Source: Eledone cirrhosa (Eukaryota). Taken from it: DNA of 64,000 nucleotides. This document shows positions 25,101 through 37,479 of the stretch, piece by piece (position 1 is the first letter of the stretch; every line of letters starts with the position of its first letter). The notes beneath the pieces are model-generated. The model ran no database searches. It was not told the origin of the DNA and worked only from the letters and a program-made list of their open reading frames with translations. Location of the stretch: positions 90,582,001 to 90,646,000 of the forward strand of contig OZ024746.1 of assembly GCA_964016885.1 (NCBI GenBank). Reading direction: 5' to 3'. Position numbers and translations under genes: made by a program.

Positions 25101-25186
25101 TAGAAGTGGTTACACAACAGTTAGTTCACCATACCGAGAACAATTGTTCTCGGTATGGTGAACTAACTGTTGTGTAACCACTTCTA
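25101..25186. repeat. perfect 86-bp palindrome with no spacer
   Basis: TAGAAGTGGTTACACAACAGTTAGTTCACCATACCGAGAACAA|TTGTTCTCGGTATGGTGAACTAACTGTTGTGTAACCACTTCTA. Confidence 0.97.
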
Positions 25187-25188
25187 TA

Positions 25189-25222
<34 letters not shown>

Positions 25223-25367
25223 GATCTCAAGTAGAATCAGGGGTAACCACAATAAAAAAAGTACTCAATACATCAGCCATTGCTCATAATATCATATGAA
25301 TGAAACAGTTCTAGTCCTGTAGAAGCCTTTTCTATATTAAATCTTCATTATATATATATATAATGCA

Positions 25368-25544
25368 GTGGATTGGTAGTATCAGTAGAGGTTCGGACTC
25401 TATGCATTCCAGCATAGAGTCCTTACGGTCTTAGTTCAAATCCAGCCAAGGTTAACTTTACCTTTCATCCTTACGGGGGTCGATAAAATAAAGTATCAGT
25501 AATGTACGAGGTAATTGTTGGCCTTGTGCTAAAAGTAGAAACAT
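25368..25544 (+). mobile_element. SINE family B
   Basis: Head, B-box, conserved block, tail. Confidence 0.85.
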
Positions 25545-26353
25545 TTATATATATATAATGAACTCTCAATAGATTTCTCCTTCTGACCAATTTCTTCCTG
25601 CCTAGTTATTCCTGTTACCATACTTATTATATATTTATTATATTAAGGCTAAATAGTGAGTTTTGTTACTCTAGAGTTTTGCTTGTTTATCACAGAGTCA
25701 TCAGATCTAATAACTCCCACTCTCTCCATTATGCCTCCCAACCCACAATGCTTAGTATTGATGTCTCTGTGACATTAGGGGAAGGTTTGCAGTTACAATA
25801 ACACGAAATTGGTAAGCCACCCTGAACCAAATCTCTCCTCTATTTCTTATTCTGTTTGTGTTTGCCAAGGTCCTGTTGTCTTATATAACTAATTCTGCAA
25901 GCAACACCTGATGAAATTGCCTAAGTCTTAGATACTTAGATGTTTTTTGAGGTAGTGTTTACTGGCTGGATACCCTTCCTGATATCAACCTTTTTAGTCA
26001 TGCTTGTATGACATACAGTGTTACAGTGTGTCTGTTCTAAAATCTAGAATATAAATGGTTAATATATAGATGTGAATGTGTAGGAGGGGTTGTGTGAAAT
26101 AATGTTACGTCTGTGATGTTATAAAGTGATTATATACTAGAATGAAACTTAATTTACATCCAATTTTCTATCTTTCTTTTGCTTAGTTCAAATGAAGCTT
26201 TTTTTTCTCTTATTGAAAGAAAAAAAGAGGAGGAAGCAGAAGAACAAAGAAAATTATAGAGGCCGTCTATATGTTGCAGAGAAAAATGGAAGGAAAGCGG
26301 AAGAAAAAAACAAACTCTACAAAATCAAAATAGTCGTAATGAATAGAACTATA

Positions 26354-26684
26354 TACAGTGAAGCCTCACTTCACGAGTGCCTCTTATATCACGAACCAAT
26401 TTTCTGAACATAAAATGTCTCGGACGACGAACGGTGTCTTGAATAATGTTTACGCAAGCCAGCAACAATGGTTGGTGACAAGCTGGGGGTATCGGTAGGA
26501 AAACGTTATTTTCTGTGTAGTTAGTTACTATGGTGATATCTATCTGTCTTTCACACACACTGTCTCTCTCACTGTATTTCTCTCTCAACATTTCATATGG
26601 GATAAATAGTTTTGGTTTACAAATATTTCAGGCGACGAACGGCCTTGAGGAACAAATTAAGTTGTGAACGAAGGTTCCACAGTA
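26354..26684 (-). mobile_element. pogo/Tc1-type MITE (family D)
   Basis: TA|CAGTGAAGCCTC...TTCACGA left end and TTGTGAACGAAGGTTCCACAG|TA right end (imperfect TIRs, TA flanks); second copy at 19222. Confidence 0.75.
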
Positions 26685-27681
26685 TACAGATAAAGTAACA
26701 CACATATTCTTATCTATGAAAATATTTTAGAAATAGAAACGTTAAAATATTGAACAATGAAGAAGAAAGTGTGTGTGTGTGGGGGGGGGGGGGGGGCAGA
26801 TTCAGCTGCAATCCACTTTATAACAGAAGGCATTTAAAAAATAAAATTGTATGTTGAGATTTTCACTAATAAGTGTTTTTCATGGTTGCAATTCGAAATG
26901 AAACTTTAAAGTATTAAAGCAGATGTAACTGTCATAGGCAAAGCTTGTTATGCTAATATTTCCTCCTCTCATTGGAAGAGTCAATTTTTTCCTTTTCAGA
27001 AATCAACTGAATATAATTATCTTATAGATATAAAGGGGAGAGAGAGAGAGAGAGTATGTATGTGTGTGTGCCTTTGTAGTTTAGGAGTGGAAAAAATTCT
27101 GAAAATAGTTAATGAAAAGATATTTCTATTTGTCTTCTTCACACCTCTCTCACATCTATTTTCCATAGTTATGCTTTCATCTTCCTCTAGTGATAATAAA
27201 CTATGCAACTTCAAGGCTACATAAGCTGCATGTTCACATAGTTGTGACACATTAATGTTATGATGAGAAGTAGAAGAAAGGAAATTAAAATCTAAGTGTT
27301 ACGTCAAGAAATATTATCCATTGAGCTTTTCTATAATTTGCTTCCTCGGCTACAAAAAATATGACTGACTTAAAGACTGTTTAAAGACATAGTTATTATT
27401 TTTCTTTTTTTCATACATTCACATATTATTTCACCTGAATCATTGTAAGGTGTTTTATTTAAAAAAAGGTTGCATCACATACAAAGTTTCTCAGATGTCT
27501 TAATGATAACACCTTGATCACGAAGTAACAGAAAATGAAATATTTTGCTTAAAAGCACACCATGCCACCCAGTCCAGGAACCAACCACACAATTTTATGA
27601 TCATGTGTCCCCAACACCCTAACCACTAGATCGCAGGCCTTCATAGCTGTTCTATATGGTCTAAATATATATAGTGTAATG

Positions 27682-27904
27682 TTAACCCTTTAGCATTCAC
27701 ATTACACTATATATACTATTGTATTTTCAAAGTAAAAGGCTTTATCTTACATAATTATCTCACATAATATTGAATCTGTGAGATTTTGATATTATTTATT
27801 TTTAGAACAATACATTAGTATGAGCTCCAGTTACAGCCGGTTTGAACAGAAAGAGGTGAGGGAATTCTGGCCAGATATGGCCGGTTTAAATGCTAAAGAG
27901 TTAA
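27682..27904 (+). mobile_element. piggyBac-type MITE family C, full length (~220 bp)
   Basis: TTAA|CCCTTTAGCATT...AATGCTAAAGAG|TTAA. Confidence 0.9.
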
Positions 27905-27959
27905 ACCATACCTGACTCTCTCTCTCGCTATCTCTCTCTCTCTGTCTCTCTATGAGTTG

Positions 27960-28205
27960 AAGGTGAGCGTGCATGCCCTCATATGCTGCAAGCAGCATAC
28001 TGAACTGGTGCTTATCCCGGTTTCATGGCATGAAGTGACTGAAAGTACAAGACTTCCCCCGGGCAGGAGGCCAGTCCATCACAGGGTTAAACCCTCAGCT
28101 ATTGTGGGTACTTATTTTCAGCTGAGTATACTGGAGCAACGTGAAGTGTTTTGTTCAAGAACTCACAACATTACGATCATAAGTCCAATAGCCTTACCAT
28201 TAGGT
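27960..28205 (-). mobile_element. older family-A-related SINE
   Basis: CAGCTGAGTATACTGGAGCAACGTGAA...TTTTGTTCAAGAAC block; similar copy at ~15015-15220. Confidence 0.65.
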
Positions 28206-28219
28206 GAGCACTGAGAATG

Positions 28220-28345
28220 TGTTTGTGTGGTAAAAGTAGGACCTATGAGAGGGGACTGTAGGAAGTAGATAGAACCTCAGATAAAGTTTGTGTGGTAAAG
28301 GTACGACCTATGTAAGGGGTCTATAGGAAGTAGATAGAATCTCAG
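28220..28345. repeat. ~65-bp tandem duplication
   Basis: GTTTGTGTGGTAAA.GTA.GACCTATG...AGGAAGTAGATAGAA.CTCAG occurs twice. Confidence 0.85.
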
Positions 28346-28843
28346 CCAATGTCTGCATATATTAAAAACTAACATTTACAGATGGTAAGGAAAGACAAAA
28401 AGAAATTTTGTTTCAGCCCTGATAAAATTCCTTTCAGACGCCCTGGGTGAGCATAATTATGGTGAAGGTATGGTTGTGTGTGTGTGTGGTGACGGCATGT
28501 TTGTGTGTGTGAGAGAGGAATGTGTGTGGTGAGGGCATGTTTGTGTGTGATGGAGGCATGTTTGTGTGTGAGAAAGAGGGATGTGTGTGTGTGTGGTGAG
28601 GGCATGTTTGTGTGTGTGTGTGAGGAATGTGTATGTGGTAAGAATTAGTTTATGTATGTGGTAAGAATTAGTTTATGCATGTGAGTGTAATGAGAGTGTG
28701 TGTGTGTGAGTGTATGGTGAGTGTGTGTGTGTGAGTAAAGTGAGTGTATTTGTGTGGTGCCTGTAGTAAAATATGAGAGAAAGTATAGAGAATATATGTG
28801 TGTGTTTGTGTGAAATAGGTGTATGTGTATATGCACACACACA

Positions 28844-28878
<35 letters not shown>

Positions 28879-29554
28879 CATACAGTATATATATATGTGT
28901 GTGTGGTGTGAGTTTGCCTGCATCTGTGATGTTTGCAAAAAAATACAAATATAAAATTAAAGAAAAGAAAATGAGAAAATATGAAAAGGGGGTGCTGGTG
29001 TGTATGGGAGTGGGTGATACTCCCACCTCAACCCCACCACTTCCACCACCACCAAACAAGAGAGTAATTAATATCAGTCATTCATTGAAAATCTGAAATG
29101 TTAGGAGAAAACACAGTTTGATGATCAAATGTGAAATGAATTATCATTAAATGAAGTTAGCAAAAAAAAAAAATAAAAAGATACAAATCTCCAAAAGTGA
29201 AAAAGGAAAACCCTACTGTTAGTTCTTTGTTTAAATTGACAAAACTTAAAATATTCACAGATTAGAGAATTATGGATTCAAAACAAACAAATAAATAAGA
29301 TTTCCTTCTCTTTTTTTACATTTTTTTTTTATTTTGTTTTAAATTTATGTCTCTTTAATGTTGTTGATTAAAAAAGGCTAGAAAGATATTCAGCAAATCT
29401 TTTGTCAGATTTCTAGTAGTTTCGTTAATTTTAATTCCTCAAACAACAAGATGGGTATTTTTTTTAAATGTCGAAACAAAAATATCAAAACTAGGCTCTT
29501 TCAAACAGTAAAAACACTAGCACAAACAGAAGTAGTTTGCTTAATGAAAGATAA

Positions 29555-30400
29555 CCAACAACACCAACATCACATCACAAACAACAACACCAACAACAAT
29601 AATAACGACAACACCAACACCACCAATGCCACCACCACCCCCAACAACAACAACACCGACACCAGAACCACCATCAACAACAACACCATCACCACCAATA
29701 ACAACACCACCACAAACAACAACACCAACACCACCACAAACAACAACACCACCACAAACAACAACACCACCACAAACATCAATGCCACCACTAACACCAC
29801 AACCCCCAACAACAACACCGACACCACAACCACCATCAACAACAACACCAACACCACCACAAACAACAACAACATCAACACCACCACCACCACAAACAAC
29901 AACACTAACAACAAGAATTTTATGTGGTTATGATAACAAAATCTTTAGCCTTCCTCCTAGTATCCAATTTATTCAATTTTACATAGAGTACAGTGAGGTG
30001 GTGGTGGTGGTGGTGGTGGTGGTGGTAGGAGTGGTGGTGGTGGTAGTAGTAGGGGTGGTGGTGGTGGTGGTGATGGTAACGATGGTGGTAGTAGTGGTGG
30101 TAGTAGTAATGATGGTAGTGGTATAGTAAGAGATTTAAACCATTCAAGTTAAGCTTCTAAGATAGAAGACTATTGTCAAGTGAACATCAGTCATGAGTCA
30201 GATGACATCATAGATATCAATGGACAGCTGAGGGAAGTAACTGTAGTAGTGGTGGTGGTGATGGTAGTGGTAGTAGTGGTGGTGGTAGTAGTGGTGGTGG
30301 TGGTAGTGGTAGTGGTGGTAGTAGTAGTAGTAGTGGTGGTGGTGGTGGTAGTAGTAGTGGTGGTGGTAGTAGTGGTGGTGGTAGTAGTAGTGGTGGTAGT
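29555..30400. repeat. (AAC/ACC)n and (GTG/GTA)n trinucleotide low-complexity tracts
   Basis: 29555-29912, 29995-30123 and 30243-30400. Confidence 0.95.
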
Positions 30401-30925
30401 AGGGTTGTGCTCTTGGCAGTGGAGACTTCTGGTGTCCTTGGCCCTAGGGCTACCTCCCTACTTACCACCATAGGTGCTGAGCTGGCCACAGCCGCAGGTG
30501 TGGGCCTCACGAGATTGAGTGGCTCTTCCAGCACATCTCCCTTACCATCCTCCGGGGAAACACCTTCTCCATTCTGTCAGCCAGGGCTGTGGGGCGGCCA
30601 GCACGTGGGACCCCGTGTGCTTACCATCCAGAGAGATGGGAGGGGCGAGAGAGATGGAGGCGATGACAGTGGGAGTTTGGCTGTTCCGTGTTTGGACACA
30701 TTGCACCAGAGATGGGGAGGGCGAGAGAGATGGAGGCGATGACAGTGGGAGTTTGGCTGTTCCATGTTCGGACACATTGCACCAGAGATGGGGTGGGCGA
30801 GAGAGATGGAGGCGATGACAGTGGGAGTTTGGCTGTTCTTCATGTTTAGGTTACTATTTCCTTGTTCTTCATAGATATAAACACATATGGTTGTAAACAT
30901 GTTTACATATGTACATATACAATAA
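30401..30925 (+). mobile_element. CRE-clade non-LTR retrotransposon 3' fragment (C-terminus of the restriction-like endonuclease plus 3'UTR)
   Basis: VLLAVETSGVLGPRATSLLTTIGAELATAAG /frameshift/ GPHEIEWLFQHISLTILRGNTFSILS matches the CRE terminal motif (P.AVET.G..G.....L.QRIS.A.QRGN..SIL). Confidence 0.75.
30627..30838. repeat. 76-bp tandem repeat, ~2.8 copies
   Basis: GCGAGAGAGATGGAGGCGATGACAG starts at 30645, 30721 and 30797. Confidence 0.95.
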
Positions 30926-31199
30926 GGAGAGATAAAGACTATTTTTAGGAGAAATCTGTACTGTAGATCAGACACACACCATGGAGAATAGAGGAGAGAG
31001 AGAAGGGAGAGACAGAGAGAGATAGAGAGGGGAGATAGATAGAGAGGGGGGAGAGTGTGAGAGATAGAAAGAGGGGAGAGAGAGATGGAGAGAGATATGG
31101 AAAAGGGGACAAAAAAAAACAAGAAAGTGAAAGAAAAAGAAAGATATGGAATAGAGAAAACAAAAAAAAAGATAAGAGAAGAGGAAAGAAGAAAGAAAA

Positions 31200-31411
31200 G
31201 AGGGTGAAGAGTATTGACTACCACTACTACCTCCACCACCAGGAGGGTGAAGAGCATTCACTACCACTACCACTACCACCACCACCAGGAGGGTGAAGAG
31301 TATTGACTACCACCACCACCAGGAGGGTGAAGAGTATTGACTACCACCACCAGGAGAGTGAAGCGAATCCACTACCACTACTACCACCACCAGGAGGGTG
31401 AAGAGTATTGA
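31200..31411. repeat. variable-length minisatellite CCACCAGGAGGGTGAAGAGTATTGACTAC
   Basis: Six copies separated by (CAC/TAC)n. Confidence 0.9.
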
Positions 31412-31780
31412 AGATGAGACAAGCAGCTGCCAATTAAAACAGTTATAAAATAAAGTGTAAGAGAAGAATCGTCAACAACATTGTAGAACCTTAGGAGAGG
31501 AATATAATAGGAAAAAAATATAAAATGATTGATTAAATCAACTAATAATGAAAAGAAACCACCAACATTACCAATACTACCAACACAACAACAAATTAGA
31601 TAACAGCTGTCTTATCTTTGGTGAAACAATTATAAAATGTGGAAATTTGATGAAAATAACAACATAAAAGAAATCAGTGGACCCATTATGATAATGTATT
31701 TAAAAAAAATAAACTAATAAACTAAGTATTCTGAATAAAATTTTACTGGATACATTTAAATTTTCTAACTACCAATTCTG

Positions 31781-31857
<77 letters not shown>

Positions 31858-32007
31858 AAGTAAAGCAACAAAGTAAAGGACTTGTGTTCATCTCTGTAAT
31901 TTAATGAGCTTAAAGGAAAAAATTCCTGGGCATTTCAGGAATTCTTTCTTTTGAACTCATTAAATTACAGAGATAAACATGAGTCCTTTACCCTGTTGCT
32001 TTTACTT
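31858..32007. repeat. ~150-bp imperfect fold-back palindrome
   Basis: AAGTAAAGCAAC...GAAAAAATTCCTG-ggcattt-CAGGAATTCTTTC...GTTGCTTTTACTT. Confidence 0.92.
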
Positions 32008-32428
32008 GATATATAGCTCCTAACGTTTCCGTTTGTTGAGCACTATACATTGATTATAAGCTGCCATTTCTAGTGGCTTCTTGTTCTAGTCATACCACTA
32101 GTCACTGCCTCATGCACGCATTCTCTTTCCATTTACACATGCTACAGGTCAGTTATTTTAAGTCTCCTTAGTAGTGAGGGCCATATCAGTTTAACACATG
32201 CTGATGATCCATAAGGTTGAATTAGTCTTCACTAATCTATGGTGAAACATTCTCCTAGTGAGTCTGTACATGTGTGATTTAGTTATAAAGGTGGCGTATT
32301 TCATATTAATTTATCCTTTTAGTTATAATGTATTTTCCAAACCTTTCATAGTTTATGTCTTTCATGGTGGTGGTTTTATACCCTTTGTAAATGAAACCAC
32401 ACTCTCCTGTGTTTTTTCCTCTCTGTAT

Positions 32429-32460
<32 letters not shown>

Positions 32461-32461
<1 letters not shown>

Positions 32462-32738
32462 CAATATATGTTAACCTCGGTCTTTCTCTTCCAGTGTGTC
32501 CATGGAGGGGCTCCCACAGGAGCACTGAGTGCAGTGTCAACTCTTGATGTCGGTGAGCATGTCCAGCTAACCTCAGTCTCCTCTCTGTCACTTCTGAGGA
32601 AGACCAAGGTTAACATATGTTGATGCCCTAAGGACAGACACTGGTCTCTTGGAGACGCAGGATATGGCAGTGATAATGAGGGACAGAGACCGCTGGAGAG
32701 AACTCGTACATGGATCTCGGGAACTTTACCCGCTCTAG
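32461..32738. mobile_element. RTE-type LINE 3' fragment with a 5' inversion
   Basis: Minus 32591-32461 encodes TERRLRLAGHAHRHQELTLHSVLLWEPLHGHTGRERPRLTYID; plus 32598-32738 encodes GRPRLTYVDALRTDTGLLETQDMAVIMRDRDRWRELVHGSRELYPL*. Confidence 0.85.
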
Positions 32739-32769
32739 ATATATATATATATATATTTCTGTTTCTCCT

Positions 32770-32890
32770 TTGTGATCCTGTCTCTATTTGTACTCCTGAA
32801 GAAAGGCTTAAGCCCGACACGTCAAACTTTCTTTCCTCTTTTCCATATAAAACATGTAACTAATAAGACATTTTGCACTTCTGTTTGTTT
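32770..32890 (+). mobile_element. third copy of the short hammerhead-bearing element (degenerate)
   Basis: CUGAAGA-A-AGGC-UUAA-GCCC-GAcAC-GUC at 32796-32823; downstream flank resembles the reverse complement of 8367-8445. Confidence 0.5.
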
Positions 32891-32908
32891 TCCCCTTGAA
32901 CTATGTAT

Positions 32909-33033
32909 ATCATGTTTAATATAGAAATGGCTTCTACGGGAATAGAACTGTTTAATTCAAAAGAAATCATCGGGCTTTTCTGATGATTTCTTTAGAATGA
33001 AACAGTAGAAGCCATTTCTATATTAAACATGAT
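32909..33033. repeat. fold-back palindrome containing a hammerhead-like core
   Basis: Arms ATCATGTTTAATATAGAAATGGCTTCTAC / GTAGAAGCCATTTCTATATTAAACATGAT; plus strand CTGATGA(32980)-TTTCTTTAGAAT-GAAAC-A-GTA; related pieces at 25230-25345. Confidence 0.85.
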
Positions 33034-33104
33034 GTTTACACTCTACTAATGTATTGAGTACCTTACTTACTGTGGTTACCCCCGATTAAACCAGGGACTC
33101 ACAT

Positions 33105-33122
33105 TATATATACACACACACA

Positions 33123-33155
<33 letters not shown>

Positions 33156-33428
33156 GTACATACACATATATACTTATATATCTATCTATACACATATATA
33201 TGTATACATATATATACTTATATATATATATCTATACACATATATATGTATACATATATATACTTATATATATATATCTATACACATATATATGTATACA
33301 TATATATACTTATATATATATATCTATACACATATATATGTATACATATAGATACTTATATATATATCTATACACATATATATATATACACATATATATA
33401 TACACACATATATATATACACATATACA
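33105..33428. repeat. TA/CA compound microsatellite with ~46-bp periodicity
   Basis: Seen directly. Confidence 0.93.
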
Positions 33429-33429
33429 G

Positions 33430-33808
33430 TCAGTAGGCCTCTCAAAACAAAACCCACCCCAACCCACTACCCCACTCTGCCCTTCCACTCCTGCCAACAC
33501 CACCCTTTCTCTATAAAGTTATGTTGGTACCACAACATCCAGTCCACACTAATGAGATCGTGTAGGTGTCATGACAAAAAAACACACAGTCCACGCTGTA
33601 ATGTGGCCGTGTAGGTAACACGGTAAAAAGTTCCCAGACCACACTGTAAATGTGGTTGGTGTTAGGAAGGCCATCCAGCCATAAAAACCAAACCAGAAAT
33701 GTTTCTGTATGAGCAAGACAGGGTCATCTGATCTAACTTGTCTCGCAATGAGACAGTCCATCTAACCAATGCTAGTATGGAAAAATGGACATGTGATGAT
33801 GATGATGA
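33430..33808 (+). mobile_element. RTE LINE 3'UTR copy, truncated at about the ORF2 stop
   Basis: Collinear with 51061-51432; ends in (GAT)n. Confidence 0.88.
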
Positions 33809-33957
33809 TTTTGGCATGGGTTAGACAGCTCTGTAATAAAGCAGATAGTTCAACATCTCAAAATTTAACCTTTGTAAGTTCTTCCTCTCTTGTTGAGTTA
33901 AGCATCTTCCAAAGACATCTCACAGCACTTCATTCAACAACTTTCACATCACAAGTA

Positions 33958-34243
33958 CATACCATCATACCCAACACCCCTCCATATACGGGATGAAACT
34001 ATTTCCCCAGCTCAACATACCATCATACCCAACACCCCTTCATATATTGGATGAAACCATTTCCCAAGCTCAACATACCATGATACCCAACACCCCGCCA
34101 TATATTGGATAAACCCATTTCCCCAGCTCAACATACCATGATACCTAACACCCCTCCATATATTGGATAAACCCATTTCCCCAGCTCAACATACCATCAT
34201 ACCCAACACCCCTCCATATATTGGATAAACCCATTTCCCCAGC
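33958..34243. repeat. 58-bp minisatellite, ~5 copies
   Basis: CATACCA..ATACC.AACACCCC starts at 33958, 34016, 34074, 34132 and 34190. Confidence 0.95.
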
Positions 34244-34822
34244 TTATGCTCACTTGAGCTCAAACTTCTAAGCATCTGAAGTATTATACATGCCTAATTT
34301 CACTTCACAAATCTTTCACATGTATTGCTTCTGTTTCACAACCATGTAGTATCAGATTCTTATTAAAAACCTTTACACAATCTGCCTTTTACCTTCCACA
34401 GTTGAAAATCTGCTGTGAGCATGTGAAGACTTGTAGTTGGTTGAAGAAGCAATCGTTTTTATGTTATTGCTGGGGCTATGTTGTGTTTCTGACAATGATC
34501 CATGGAGAGGTAAAGCTGATCATGTTAAACGTGGTATATAGACAAGTGTTTCTTTAGCTTGGTGTACAAAGCTTAAATTCTCCTTTGAGCAAAGGCAGCG
34601 ATGGATGGGCATTCTATTTAAAGGAAAAGATATTTATCTAATGCTTCATTCTTGAAAAGAAAAAAACAACAAAAAAACTGCAGCTAAAGTAGCCTCTAGC
34701 ATCTGTCAGTAATCCCAGACTCCTAAACCTCTTTGGATGAGAAATAATTGATTTGATATAGACACAAAATAAAAATAATGGTATTAATAATATAGAGACG
34801 TGTGTGTGTGTAGGGGGGGGGG

Positions 34823-34903
<81 letters not shown>

Positions 34904-35024
34904 AGATTCAGCGAGAATTGCATTTTCGGCGGGCAGGAAAAAGCGAAGCGAAACGCAAAAATCAGAAATGATACTGGCAAAGTGCTCAATAGTTAAAAAC
35001 CAGAGCTAAACAATGTGTTAAGAA

Positions 35025-35070
<46 letters not shown>

Positions 35071-35437
35071 TACACACTAAATGACTTTAATATAAATGAA
35101 AACATGTAAAAATGCTACATTAATATTTTTCATGTCATTAAGTAAATAAACAGACATCTTTTGCTTCCATAGCTTCTACTTCCATTAGCAACAGACAAGA
35201 CCTGTCATTGGACATTGCTTATTAGAAAGGAGGAGATGGGCAGAAATGTTTAATTAACCCTTCCATAAAGAAATACAGTCTGTTCCCTTTAATTTTGTTT
35301 GAGAGGTGGTAGTGGTTCTGGTAGATTTAGTCAAATAGTTAACATTAATTTTTATATCAAACTGATAGTCAGAAGAGAAATTATTAAAAAGTTCTTACAT
35401 ATAATTGTATTATCAAGGGAAATTTTTAATTATATAT

Positions 35438-35653
35438 CACGTGCGATGCGCAAAGAAGATGACTGCTAGATAAAGAAGTTTCAAATAATCTCAGTGGAAG
35501 GAAGCTACAGTAGAGGAAGACCTGGATGGAAGTGGTCAGATATGATCTCAGATCACTAAAGTTCATGGAGGGAATGACAAAGGAATGTGACAAGTGGAAA
35601 GATACTGTACTGAGAAGAACCCATCCATGCTAGCCTGGAAAAACGGATGTAAA

Positions 35654-35692
<39 letters not shown>
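35438..35692 (+). mobile_element. degenerate RTE LINE 3' end
   Basis: Remnant ...VEGS..RGRP..W.EVV..DL followed by GGAAAAACGGATGTAAAA(TGA)n. Confidence 0.75.
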
Positions 35693-35696
<4 letters not shown>

Positions 35697-35773
35697 CTTT
35701 AAAATGGTCATTTTAGCATTAAAAGAACCAGAGGTTATCTAACATGAGTAGGCATTAGAAGATAAACAACTAC

Positions 35774-36467
35774 GTTAACCATTTAGCATTTACATTACTC
35801 TATATTTATTGTTGTATTTTCACAGTAAAGGCTTTACCTCGCATAATATCTCACATAACATTTACATTACTCTATATATACTATTATATTTTCATTGTAA
35901 AGGCTTTACCTCACATAATACTGAATCCATGAGATTTTGATATTTATTTTGAGAACAATAGCTTAACATGAGTGGCCAGTTACATCCGGTTTGTACAGAA
36001 AGAAGTGAGAAAATTTGACTGGATACGGTAGGTTTAAATGCTAAAGGTTTAAAGAAAAAAGCTATGAATAACGAAAGAGTATTTATGGTGAGTAACAAAA
36101 AAAATTGATAGTCATAAGATAGTTGAGACAAGAAATATGGCCACCACATACAAGTCTGTATGTTTCCCCAGGAAATATGATGCAATGCTCAAACTTAGTG
36201 AATCCCAAATGAGATACAATAAAATTAATAACTTTCTTCTTTAATGCGTTAATATTTACATTACTCTATATATACTATTATATTTTCATGGTAAAGGCTT
36301 TACCTCACATAATTATCTCACATAATATTGAATCTATGAGATTTTGATGTTATTTATTTTGAGAACAATACCTTAACATCAGTATGAGTGGCCAGTTACA
36401 GCCGGTTTGAACAGAAAGATGTGAGTATTCTCGCTTGATATGGCCAGTTTAAATGTTAAAGGGTTAA
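35774..36467 (+). mobile_element. two piggyBac-type MITE family C copies (35774-36052 with a duplicated 72-bp unit; 36248-36467)
   Basis: Family C body and TIR/TTAA ends. Confidence 0.85.
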
Positions 36468-37244
36468 AGTTGATAACTTTTTCAAGTTTTAAGGTTCATC
36501 TCACAATTATTGAGACCTGCAGAATTTATGAATCAAAACCATAAACATTTGTTTAACTCTTAACATCCTGTAATGATTTAGCAGAAAATGTCTATAAATG
36601 TGCTTGTTGGTTCAAATCTATATACTATGTTTACTAGTTGATAGTGTGGACATTTGTAGTATTAGAGGAAAGACTTTAATATTTAATGTGATATAGTTAT
36701 AGTGCTGTTTTGTGTTTTTCAAGGATCTCTTGTGAATGGGGTTTGATGTAGGGCAGGACATTATGAGTTCATAATTTCTGGCCACTTGACCTTAATTCCA
36801 ATATTAAAGAGTAATAAAGGAAGACATAAATAATAGAAGGAGCAATCAATAACCCTAAAGAAGTCATAGTTTGTAAAGCTAATCAAATAAAAAAGTACAT
36901 TTCAAAAAAATAAACAAATTCAACATTTACATTTTGAAACTAAAATATTATAACTTATAGCAATGTTCTACAAGTAGGTAGGGGACATTCTATCTCTTAA
37001 ACATACACAAGCATATCTTTAATTGCATTCATTCAGTATATGTAAGTATGATACTGTAACTTCTGGTGGAAGAATAGGGGGTGATGACATGTCTTGGACA
37101 TTTTAAACCTGGTGGAGCCCATCACTTCTCCAGGTCTAAACATAGCTGATTTCTTCTAGACAGAGAGAGAGAGAGAAAGAGTGAGGGAGGAGAGAAACAG
37201 TGAGTGTGAGAGAGAGAGAGAGACAGTGAGGGAGGGAGTGAGAG

Positions 37245-37410
37245 AGAGAGATTGACAAAGAATAAACTACTTGATTGGTAGTGTTTTTATTGACTTCAAA
37301 ATGATAAAAGGGAGAAATGATATCAGCGAGCTTTGAAATCAGAGAGCTGGAATGATACAGCAAAGTATTCTATCCCATGTTCTAATGACTGATAATTTGC
37401 CACCTCATTC
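37245..37410 (-). mobile_element. degenerate SINE B variant
   Basis: Similar to 4866-5030. Confidence 0.55.
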
Positions 37411-37479
37411 ACTATATTTATATGTTAAAAAGATTTGTTCATCTTGCTATAGAGTAACACAGAGTTTATGACTCCAATA

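Noticed and set aside
29451-30534. Asn/Thr-, Pro/Thr- and Val-rich ORFs as mucin-like genes
   Set aside because: Trinucleotide low-complexity tracts open in several frames on both strands.
32201-32230. CTGATGA-TCCATAAGGT-TGAA-TTAGTC as a hammerhead
   Set aside because: GAAA is incomplete and stems I and II are poor.
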